Assembly: GCA_964187785.1 (NCBI GenBank)
Contig: OZ076409.1
Location: forward strand, 32,180,001 to 32,244,000
From: Amphiscolops sp. MND2022
Lineage: Eukaryota
Direction of reading: 5' to 3'
Length of the DNA: 64,000 nt
The notes under the pieces were generated by a model, which did no database searches, was not told the origin of the DNA, and saw only the letters and a list, made by a program, of their open reading frames with translations. This document shows positions 1 to 9,200 of the stretch, piece after piece. Within the stretch, counting starts at the first letter, position 1. Each line of letters starts with the position of its first letter. Both the position numbers and the translations under genes were made by a program.

Positions 1-215
1 TATTGCTCGAAAGTGATTTTCTTCTTCTTTATTTGCGTGACGTTGTAGAGTACCTTTAAGAAAGCAATGAGGCATTTTGGCGTAATTTTGTTTTTGTGAA
101 TTTCAAGCGAGAGTTTGAAGGCCATGGTATGAAATATGGCGGCTTTAAGACTATGCACTTTCGAAAATTCAGAAGTCATTGTTAGAATGTCGTTTGTTTC
201 AGCATTTGGGGCCAT
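1..215 (-). CDS. Accessory ORF Z of the retroelement (partial, runs off the window; MAPNAETNDILTMTSEFSKVHSLKAAIFH...)
   Basis: Hand translation: ATG at 215-213, 71 codons without a stop to the window edge. Same strand and composition as the element. Confidence 0.55.
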   Translation of the reverse strand, partial: MAPNAETNDILTMTSEFSKVHSLKAAIFHTMAFKLSLEIHKNKITPKCLIAFLKVLYNVTQIKKKKITFEQ

Positions 216-624
216 TATGACGAGAGTTTGAAGAATACAAAGAAGGAGAAGTTGGGATGTTCTGAAAGAATTTGGATGAAGGAGAAGGAAGAATGGATGT
301 TTCTAAAACAAAGGAAGTGTAAGAAGAATGACAATATCAAGTCAAAGATGTACAACAAAAATGAGTGCTATAATGTACCATATGTAGTGTTATTTTATAT
401 TGTCTTGTATGTCTTGTATTGTAGTGTTTTGAGTTAAAAATTAGTTAGTTTTTGACATGTACTGTAGGAAAAATTAGTGTATTTAAAAACAGTCCTGAGA
501 TTTCATTCAAAAGTAAGGATTTTCGTTAATTAAAAAAGAAAATACCTTGTAAAATGTGCCACAGATGTACCATAGGATGTACCAGAGAAGAAAATTTAAA
601 ACTTTATATTACCTGTAGAGAAGT

Positions 625-1968
625 TTAATGAAGATTAGTTGAATTAAAAAGAGTAGTTATAGTTTCCAAAGCAGATTGAATTGCTTGGGATGATTGAGTG
701 ATGCGTTGAGAATCTAAATCGAGTGTCTGAAGGAGTTTATGTTTTCTGTCATAGCAGTGTAGTATATGTGTGAGTGTTGTGATAGGTGTTTCAGAAGAGT
801 TTCGTTTATAGGGTTCCAGTAAATTTGTCATGTCTCGAAGTGTGCGATTGTTTAATACAGAGGAAAGTTTGTCATGAGTGTTTTTGATAGGTGAAGTGTG
901 TGATTTATGTTCGGTTTTTTGTTCAGCTTGTACCATGAAAGAGATAGTTTTGGCAGATATAAAGAGGAGTTCATTGTAGGAATATGTTTGTTTGTAGAGT
1001 GCTGTATAGTATGTTCTATCTTTATCGTCAAGTGGAGAAGAAACGAGGTGTTTAATAACAGTAAGAGGTTTTGTAATTTGAGTAGGGATGTTGCAAGGCA
1101 ACAAAAAATCATCGTAATGTATGAGATATTCTTGAGGTACAATAAGTGGACGTGAAGTATTGTTATATGGAAGCAAACAGAAGTATTGCTTTATAGGGTC
1201 ATAATTCCGGAGGTAGCCTGTGATACAGGAGTGATGGAGAGTGTACATATTTGTCATTGTGAACGGTGATGTATATTTGTAATTGACAAAAATATAATTT
1301 TGTGGTTTCGTGTATTGTAGAAATTTAGTATATGTCTGATGATGAGAAGCTTTTTGTGCTATAGAGAGAAAGGATGGATCAGATTCATCCGTTTTGAGAT
1401 CGTATATAGAAGGTCTAAGAAAATTGAACTGGAGAGAGAAAATTTTAACTCCATTCTCGAGCCAATATTGGTATGGACCCATGATTTTGGAAGCAATGGA
1501 TGTGAAGAAGTCTTGATTTTTGTCATATAAGCGAAATGAGTAGTCAGTAGGATGCATATATAGAGAAGTGAGTTGTGCTTTGAAGACGAAATCGTCAGTG
1601 GAAAGGATTGAGATCAAATGATCATCGCGATTCGTGCAAAGTGAAATTTTTGAAGGTATTGAAGGAGGATATATCGGTGATGAAAGAAAGATTGGATCTT
1701 TCATTATTTCATATCGCTTTTTTGGACGAGGAGGTGTCGATTGTGTATGATCAGTATCATCTTGTGGAGGAGTAGGTTTTGGATTTTCATTTTCAACTTT
1801 TGTGTGTTCCATTGGTTCAAGAAAAGTTGGAGGTGTTTTGTCAAAAGTATCAATATAGAGAACAGGAGAATCATTAGAAAGAGGTCTTGTTATAAGATCT
1901 GTTGGAGTTGCTTGTTCAAGCTGTGTTTGTAGGTCAATTTGTGCTTGTGTCATTGTTTGAGAAAGCAT
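625..1968 (-). CDS. Accessory ORF Y, ~447 aa, unknown function
   Basis: Long intact ORF downstream of env; ATG at 1968. P/T-rich N-terminus with a basic PRPKKR motif, Tyr/Phe-rich globular middle, helical-looking C-terminus. Confidence 0.75.
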   Translation of the reverse strand: MLSQTMTQAQIDLQTQLEQATPTDLITRPLSNDSPVLYIDTFDKTPPTFLEPMEHTKVENENPKPTPPQDDTDHTQSTPPRPKKRYEIMKDPIFLSSPIYPPSIPSKISLCTNRDDHLISILSTDDFVFKAQLTSLYMHPTDYSFRLYDKNQDFFTSIASKIMGPYQYWLENGVKIFSLQFNFLRPSIYDLKTDESDPSFLSIAQKASHHQTYTKFLQYTKPQNYIFVNYKYTSPFTMTNMYTLHHSCITGYLRNYDPIKQYFCLLPYNNTSRPLIVPQEYLIHYDDFLLPCNIPTQITKPLTVIKHLVSSPLDDKDRTYYTALYKQTYSYNELLFISAKTISFMVQAEQKTEHKSHTSPIKNTHDKLSSVLNNRTLRDMTNLLEPYKRNSSETPITTLTHILHCYDRKHKLLQTLDLDSQRITQSSQAIQSALETITTLFNSTNLH

Positions 1969-2217
1969 CAACAGTCACAGTGTTATCTATTCCAAGAGGC
2001 CTTAGCACTTTAAAGTTAAAGTACTATAAATTACACTAACGAGTGGATTTGTCAACTTTAGTTGAAGAGTTTTTGAAGATGGTTATTATGAGAGAAGTAT
2101 TATTAGATTGAGGAAGATGAATTTCTGCAAGAGTTTCAAGTGGTGAAGGAGTAGCAATTGTGAAGAAATAGCAGGCGAGCGTTCTGGAAGAGAGTTACAG
2201 AAGAACTGAGAGAGAGT

Positions 2218-4923
2218 TCAAGAAGATGGAGCGGGGAAAGGATAGTTTATTCGTGAATAGATTTTAATTGGTGTATCCGTAGTAGAAGTGACAGAATTGT
2301 TAATTAAAGTGTCATGTTGAGTAGTTAGATTGTCATTTGGGTGAAAGTTTTTATGAGTATAATTAGGAAGTGGGGGATGTTGGACAGAAGAGAAAGGAAG
2401 TGGAGTCGTTTTATGGTGAGAATTGTGGTGTCGTTTCGGAAAGAAGTTAAATTTAGGAAATTGAATTTTGTTAGATCGTTTAGTATAAAAAGGTGGAGGG
2501 GAAGTAACATCTGTAGAATGGTTAATTAAATTGGGAGAAGTGTCAATAAAGTTATCTAAAGATTTGGATTTGGAAAGTGTACTTTTGGGTTTTTTGTTTT
2601 GAGCTTCATGTAGGTCACTGACCATTCGTGCTGTAAGAACATTAAAAAAACCATGTGCAATAGAACTAAGTAAAGTAATATTATTTTTAAGATTATATTT
2701 AATGGATATTGTTTTGTAAAGTTTAACAATAAGTGTGAGAGTAGCTTGTGCAAAAAGAAAGGTAGAAAAGTATATGCCACATTGTGTAAGAATGTAACAA
2801 GGGTATCCAAAAAGTGCAATAAAAGCATCAGAGAACCATGTAGGTGTAAAAAGAGGAGTTAAGTTCAAGAGTTTATCATGTAATCCTATCCGTAATGTAT
2901 TGTAAGGATTACCAGAGTTTTGAGGGGAATCTGCATCGTAGTTTGGAGTATTAGATGAAATGAATGAATAACTAAGAGCTTTACCTAGTAATTGGAGTGT
3001 AGAATCAGAGTGTTTAGAAAATAAAATACGGTTCCAAAATTGATCAAGTTCTGCATTTGAATATATACCAGCATCTTGGGCTGTAAAAGTATTAGGGCGT
3101 ATTGTAGTTTTGATTTGTGAGGGTGTAAACATTAGTGGAGGTTTACGTTTGATAGGTTCAGGTCCAAGAATGTAGAAGTCTTGATCATCTGAATCAGGGT
3201 CTAGTTCAATAATGTTACGTGGATTAATATCGCATGTAATTGGTGTAGCATAATCATAAGTTTGTCTTGTAATAGGATCAACGTACATTAAGGTATCTTT
3301 AAAATGTATGGGTATACGGTCAAAACATCTATCTGCTTTGTATAAAGGAGATAAAAAATGAGGACAGTCATAAAGCCAGGCGGTTGAGCCTTCAACGTAT
3401 AAGAAGTTACTTCTATTACCAGTTAAAAGGAAACCAGCAAGTTGAGGATTTTGTACTGACATTGCGAGTATTGTAAGGAGTTGATTTCGTTCTAGTTCAC
3501 ATATTGTATGAAGAGTATTTAGTTCTTGTACTGTCATTGATCGAAAAACATGATTAATAGTGTAGTCAATTTTGGTGTTTATATGTGCATCATAATCAAT
3601 GGTAGCGAAATTGTTTGATACATTTAATGCAGGGAATACAAATTTGTTATTTGAAGTGTCTAATACTATTTTACCAGAGATATACTCATCAATTATGGAA
3701 TGAGGATTAGGTTGTCCTGTATGCATATTAAAACCATCAGTGTATGTAACAAAAAGGTCTGAGTATTGTGTAGAATAGAGATGGTCTGGTTTACCACAAA
3801 AGGTTTGTGCTGTAGGAAAAACTTCAAATCTTGAAAGACTTGGGTTATTTGGATGTTGTGTATGAGGAGCATGAACATAAGGGTGTTCTGTACCTTTTAT
3901 GCCAGAAGCAGTTTGAGATTTTACTGGATGTGGAGAATGTACAAAAGAGTCTGTTTCAATCCAATATCTATCTTCGATTTTAGTCATACGTCCAATAAAG
4001 TCTTGTAGGGTAAAAATTAGACAATAATCATCATTAAACCAAACAAGAGTGAAAGGAGTTTTTGTAGTGGGTTTACAAAAGCCATCTGCAAAATAGCAGG
4101 GTAATGTATGTCCATCAATTATCATGTCATTTGATGTGTCATCATATGTAAGTTCTATTTCGGAAATTTCTAGTCGCCAACTAACTAAGTTGACTTCGAA
4201 TTGATGATGAGCAGGACAATTATGATAAGGGTTTTTTGTAGGGTCATATATCCAGTTTTTATCAGCAGGCATGAATGTAAATGTACCTGTATACATTTTG
4301 TTCAATTGATATACAGTGAAAGGAGTTTGATATTGTTCTAAACGTTCTTGAAAGTAATGATCTTCTAAGAGTGTAAATGTTTTGTTGTAGTTAAGGTTGT
4401 TCAATATTTTATCATTTGTACCATTTAAATGTCTTATAATGTTTTTACATTCTACCGGATCAAGAGTAACAGGAAGTGGTAATGTATTATGATTCCATAC
4501 GGTTCTATCAACACGACGGTATTTGACAGATCCTTGAAAGCATATTTTCCTCTCTTTCTTTGCATAAGCAACACATTTGAAAGCTTTGATACGTTTAGCT
4601 TTTGCGCGGACATATACACGGGCTTTAACACTTGCATGTTTAATGTCAGAAGGAGCTTCAGTGCATTGTTTTACATTAAGTAGATTAAATTGTCTGAGAT
4701 TGTGTTGTTTTGCACAGTCATAATGAGAAACCATGAGATTTGTAATATTCGGGTCATCCGATGGAAGATAGTTTTCTGTATCAGGGTGTACTATAGCTAT
4801 AGAAAAGGTAGAGTTAAAGAAGTGTAAAAGAATTATAATTGTTATATAAAAAGTTGCGTAGGATTTAAAAGGATGTCTTATATTTGAGACCAGAGTATGG
4901 GTTACAAAAGACAATGTTGCCAT
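2218..4923 (-). CDS. env: Envelope glycoprotein, ~900 aa, chuvirus-G / class III fusogen-like
   Basis: N-terminal hydrophobic signal (FYITIIILLHFFNSTFS); Cys-rich ectodomain with many N-x-S/T sites; motifs SHYDC..LLNVKQC, HTICELERNQL..NPQLAGFLL, C..RCFDRIPI..YVDPITR..PITC; membrane segment at ~2717-2825; long cytoplasmic tail. First ATG at 4923. Confidence 0.85.
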   Translation of the reverse strand: MATLSFVTHTLVSNIRHPFKSYATFYITIIILLHFFNSTFSIAIVHPDTENYLPSDDPNITNLMVSHYDCAKQHNLRQFNLLNVKQCTEAPSDIKHASVKARVYVRAKAKRIKAFKCVAYAKKERKICFQGSVKYRRVDRTVWNHNTLPLPVTLDPVECKNIIRHLNGTNDKILNNLNYNKTFTLLEDHYFQERLEQYQTPFTVYQLNKMYTGTFTFMPADKNWIYDPTKNPYHNCPAHHQFEVNLVSWRLEISEIELTYDDTSNDMIIDGHTLPCYFADGFCKPTTKTPFTLVWFNDDYCLIFTLQDFIGRMTKIEDRYWIETDSFVHSPHPVKSQTASGIKGTEHPYVHAPHTQHPNNPSLSRFEVFPTAQTFCGKPDHLYSTQYSDLFVTYTDGFNMHTGQPNPHSIIDEYISGKIVLDTSNNKFVFPALNVSNNFATIDYDAHINTKIDYTINHVFRSMTVQELNTLHTICELERNQLLTILAMSVQNPQLAGFLLTGNRSNFLYVEGSTAWLYDCPHFLSPLYKADRCFDRIPIHFKDTLMYVDPITRQTYDYATPITCDINPRNIIELDPDSDDQDFYILGPEPIKRKPPLMFTPSQIKTTIRPNTFTAQDAGIYSNAELDQFWNRILFSKHSDSTLQLLGKALSYSFISSNTPNYDADSPQNSGNPYNTLRIGLHDKLLNLTPLFTPTWFSDAFIALFGYPCYILTQCGIYFSTFLFAQATLTLIVKLYKTISIKYNLKNNITLLSSIAHGFFNVLTARMVSDLHEAQNKKPKSTLSKSKSLDNFIDTSPNLINHSTDVTSPPPFYTKRSNKIQFPKFNFFPKRHHNSHHKTTPLPFSSVQHPPLPNYTHKNFHPNDNLTTQHDTLINNSVTSTTDTPIKIYSRINYPFPAPSS

Positions 4924-6118
4924 ATGTGATAGTGGGTATATTAAGATCGCGTTCAAATTCAATATGTACTACTTCAAAAGGAGCAGGAGAGGTTTTATGT
5001 TCTATTTTAGAAACGTGAAATATTGGGTGAGGATTTAATCCTTGAAATTTGACTTTGACTTCAAATTTAAGTTCTAAATTTGGTGTCTGAAGACGTTTTA
5101 GTTCTGTTTCTTTACGTTTATGAGATAAGAGATCGTTGTTATTAATAAAACGTTCTGCAAGAATTGGAAATCGAGGATCGTTTTGTGGGTCGTAGATAGT
5201 TATACCATCGACTCGAAGTGGATAATCAGCAAAATTTGGGGTTGGAGGTCTAGAATGTTCTGCAGTATAGTATTCAGGTAGTCTAATATGTGCAGGAACA
5301 GGAGTAGGAATTACTACTTGTGAAAAAAGATCGCCTGATAGGAATGCAGTTTGTGGATTAGATGAGAGTAATGAAGCGGTTTCAAAACCAGAAGTAAAAT
5401 AAGGAGATTGAAAGAGTTCTGAAGATGATGGGTCAGAGGACAATGGTTGAGCGTGTTGTCTTACAAGTCGTAATGCAGAATTGCTAGAAAGAGCGGAAAA
5501 ATTGAGTGTGGAAGTGTCTGTACTAAGTCTACGTGAAGGAAGGTCACGGAGATTATATCTATGTCTAGGTACAAAAAATGAGCTTGTGTCTTGTGATGGA
5601 GCGTAGTCAGAAGTATTATTGTCTAAGAGATTTGAGAGTGATGTAGAGGGCTTTCGAAGAGGTTTTAATGGTGGATAAAGTTTTGAAGAAGTAGTGCTAA
5701 GTTCTGTAGTGCTAAGTTCTGAAGGTAATTTTAGTGGAGGTAGTTTCGTATATTCAGTATCAGGAATTTGTACTAGATTAAGTTGAGGTTGGAGTCTAAC
5801 AGTTTTGATAGCTGTAGGGTGTTTGTATGTTACGTATTGTTCAACACTTTCAGGGTTTGGTATGTGTATAATAGGAGTGTTAATAGGAGTTTGTTGGGGA
5901 CGAGTGTTTATAGGAATTTCGGTTATAGGTGGTCTGTGAAGAAGTGAAGAAGAGGTTTCAGAAATGTATGATCTGGGTCTTTTAGAAGGAGTAGTAGGAG
6001 TTACATTACTAGAGTTTGTGGTGCTTGATACGGAAGATTCAGGTGTAGAAGGAATACTTGGAGCTGATGGAGAGATATCAGAGGGAGGATCCAGGATTGT
6101 TGAAGTGTTTTCAACAGG
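4865..6118 (-). CDS. ORF X, 417 sense codons with no ATG; P/S/T-rich N-half, globular C-terminus; overlaps the env start
   Basis: The listed 4865..5443 ORF stays open upstream to a TAA at 6119-6121 (hand translation). Contains PSAP, LYPPL and RYNLR motifs. Confidence 0.65.
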   Translation of the reverse strand, partial: PVENTSTILDPPSDISPSAPSIPSTPESSVSSTTNSSNVTPTTPSKRPRSYISETSSSLLHRPPITEIPINTRPQQTPINTPIIHIPNPESVEQYVTYKHPTAIKTVRLQPQLNLVQIPDTEYTKLPPLKLPSELSTTELSTTSSKLYPPLKPLRKPSTSLSNLLDNNTSDYAPSQDTSSFFVPRHRYNLRDLPSRRLSTDTSTLNFSALSSNSALRLVRQHAQPLSSDPSSSELFQSPYFTSGFETASLLSSNPQTAFLSGDLFSQVVIPTPVPAHIRLPEYYTAEHSRPPTPNFADYPLRVDGITIYDPQNDPRFPILAERFINNNDLLSHKRKETELKRLQTPNLELKFEVKVKFQGLNPHPIFHVSKIEHKTSPAPFEVVHIEFERDLNIPTITYGNIVFCNPYSGLKYKTSF

Positions 6119-6219
6119 TTATCTTGAAGATAACTTGTTATGAGTTTTATTTTATTTATTCAACATTCGTTCAACCAGAGTGACTAGGTTTGAGTAAGCT
6201 AACAGAGAGAATGACCAGA

Positions 6220-9200
6220 TTACAGTTGGGAAGGTGTAATAAAAAGTCTATAATCTAATTTGGGTTGTTGTCGCAGTTTATAAGTGGTTTTTGTGGTTCT
6301 GTCAATTAGAGGAGGAAGTGAAGTTGTTTGGTTGTTAGAAGGGTGTCTCGATCTGTCACTAGGGACATTAGTGTGAGGGGTATTAATTATATGTTTATAT
6401 AGGGAGTTGTCATTGGTTGAGGAAGGTAAAGACTTGTCATTGGATGTTATAGATGGTGTATTTTGATTGGATGTAGTAAATGATGGTGGTGTCATAAATG
6501 TTTGAGAATCTTCTTCAGACAAAGATTCATCAGAGTTAAACGGGGAAGAATCACTGTTTGCATATCTGGTAATTTGTGGAATTTGGTTTTGAGTTGTGTC
6601 TGAAAAGCGCATAAAATTACGCAAATGTGGATATAAGAGTGGTTCTTTAGGGTAATATGGGATTAAATGATTTCTATGAACGTGTACTATAGAGCCATCT
6701 TCTGCAAGTAATGCATATGTGACGTCTGATAGTCTGTCAAGAATTTTATATGGTCCAATCCGAAGGGGTTTGAGTTTGTCTGAAAAGTGAACATGTGTAA
6801 AATTGCGTTTTAAAACAAAGGTACCAATGGGAAGGGGTTTACCTTCGTGGTAAGTTTTTGTAATGTATGCGTGTGAGTTAATTTTTCGTAGAGTGTTTTC
6901 GTAGACTGTGGAGTAAATTTGTAACATAGCAGTTTCTACAGCGAGAAACCATTGTGGAATGGGTTTTGAGAGTGTTTTATAGAAGAATGGGTTTAAGTCT
7001 GATTTATCATAGTGAGAGTGTTCAGGGAGTTGAGAGCAATAACGTGAAATACATGTTTTGGAGGTATCTCGATTAAGGTTTAAATCAAATGTGAGGGGTA
7101 TTCTGGGTCTAGTATGGAAAACAATTTCATGAGGTGAAACATTGAGTTCTGAAAGTGGTTGTGAATTATGTGCATAAGCGTACATATGGACTTGAAATGC
7201 CCAATCTTTAGGTGTGTCATGTAGGAACATTCGAAGATGAGTACCAAGATTTCTGTTTTCTACTTCAACAAGGCCATTTGTCCAAGGAGAATAAGCTGTT
7301 CTAGGAGAATGACGAATTCCCATAAGTGTACAAAGGTGTGCCATTTCTTTGTTAACATATTCTGATCCACGATCAGTGACAAGGTATATGGGTGGTCCAA
7401 ATTTAATAATCCAATGGTGTAGGAGAGTTTTGATAGCAGTCTTTGCGTTGTTTGATTTGATGGGTACTGTAACAACAAAGTGACTAAAAGCGTCAATTAT
7501 TACGTGTATATAGGATTTGTTATGAGAAGGAGGATTAATAGGTCCTTTAGTGTCCATTGAGATTCTATAGTTGAAAGATGGAGCATGTTCTGAAAATGAT
7601 TGTGTAGGAGCAGTTTGAATTTTCATATTGAAGTGTTTATTACGTTGACATTCAATACAGTCATGTATGAAAATGGAAAGCCATTTTTCAAGGAATGGGA
7701 TATAGTAATATTGTTTGAATGTTTTGTAGGTGATTTTCATACCAGTGTGAGAATGTTCATGAAGTTTGTTAAAGACAGTTTTAAATAGTCGAAAAGGTAG
7801 GCATATGCGAATAGTATCTTATACAAAATTTGGAGTAGAGGATTGGTTATTAACAGTGGGGTTTGTAATGTACAGACTAATAAGATTAGTGGATTCATCA
7901 ATGAAAAGTTGTGAAAATCTTTTGTAATATACATGTAGAAATGGAGTACCAGTGATAAGAGGTGTTATAAATTCGGGTTTTTCATTGTTCAGTAACCAAG
8001 AATAAACAGTTCTGAGAACCGGATCTTGAGATTGTTGTTGTTGAAGAGTTTTTATGTCTAATGAGTAATCATCGGGGAGGAAGAAACCTTGAAAATAGTT
8101 TTTGTACTTAATGAAAGATGTATCATAAAAGGGTATAATTTGTTGACAGTGTGTGAGAGATGGGAAATGTGGTTGTACATTTATTGCAGAAATTGATTTC
8201 TGTGATGTGTTGTGACTTGGTTGTTTAAGAGTAGAATAATTTTCTGTTTGTAATGTAGTATCTTGTGAGAAAGAAGAGTCAGATTTTGGAATTCTTGTGT
8301 AAATATGATCTTCGTCATCGCTTGTAACGTCAGTATCATTAAGTAAGAGAGATTGTTGATGAAGGGTTTTGTTGTTCTTTTTTGTAGGTGTCCTAAATTT
8401 GGTTTGAAAAGGAGTTACAGATTTGAATGAGAAAGATTGTAAGGGTTTTACAATAATGTCATTTCCTTTATCATTGATACGAATAGAGAATTGATCTGTA
8501 CCATAATCAGCAAGAATTGGATGAGAGTCATGTTTTTGATGGGGTAAAATTTCTTCATGTTTTATTAAGTAATGTACAGGTTTAAGAGTGTTATCTTGTA
8601 AAAGTGCAAAATCGATTTGTGGTGGAAGGTGTTTATGTTTTAATTGGTTGAGTTGTAATTCAGCTTTTGTGAATGAGCGACTCAACATATCGGCAACAGA
8701 AAGATTTTTTCCAGGGGTGTGAATTATTTTGAGTTTTGAAAATTTTGTCAATTGCATTTGAGCTCTATAGAAACGAGGGCTGAGATTACCTTTCTTTGTA
8801 AAACAATGTAATAAAGGTTTGTGATCAGTGAAAATGTGTATTGGATGTGGAGAACCTATGATAAGAAATTCATAGATTTGAAGTGCGTGTACTATACCAA
8901 GGAGTTCTCTATCAAGTGTGGAGAGTTTTTGTTCTTGTGGGCTAAGTATACGAGAGTTGTACGATATGACTTTCATTTTGTTCTGTTCATTTAACTGGAA
9001 TGAGACAGCGCCTAATCCAATAAGGGAAGCGTCAACAGTAATGAAAAATGGATGTTTTGTATTCGGTATTGTTAATTCTGTTTCAGAAGTGAGAGACATT
9101 TTAAGTTTTTGGAATAGACTTTCGTGTTCATCTGTCCATTTCCAAGGAGTGTTTTCATGTAAAAGATCGTAAAACGGTTTGAGGTTAATATGTAGTTTTT

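Noticed and set aside
6145..6161. AATAAA cluster just after the pol stop as an internal poly(A) site
   Set aside because: Plausible but common on this A-rich strand; unsupported without transcript data.
7737..7934. Apparent frameshift between RNase H and integrase
   Set aside because: Both parts are in the same frame, separated only by a TAA at 7819-7821.
228..9172. Short plus-strand and alternate-frame ORFs overlapping the retroelement genes
   Set aside because: Shadows of the biased coding strand; no motifs.
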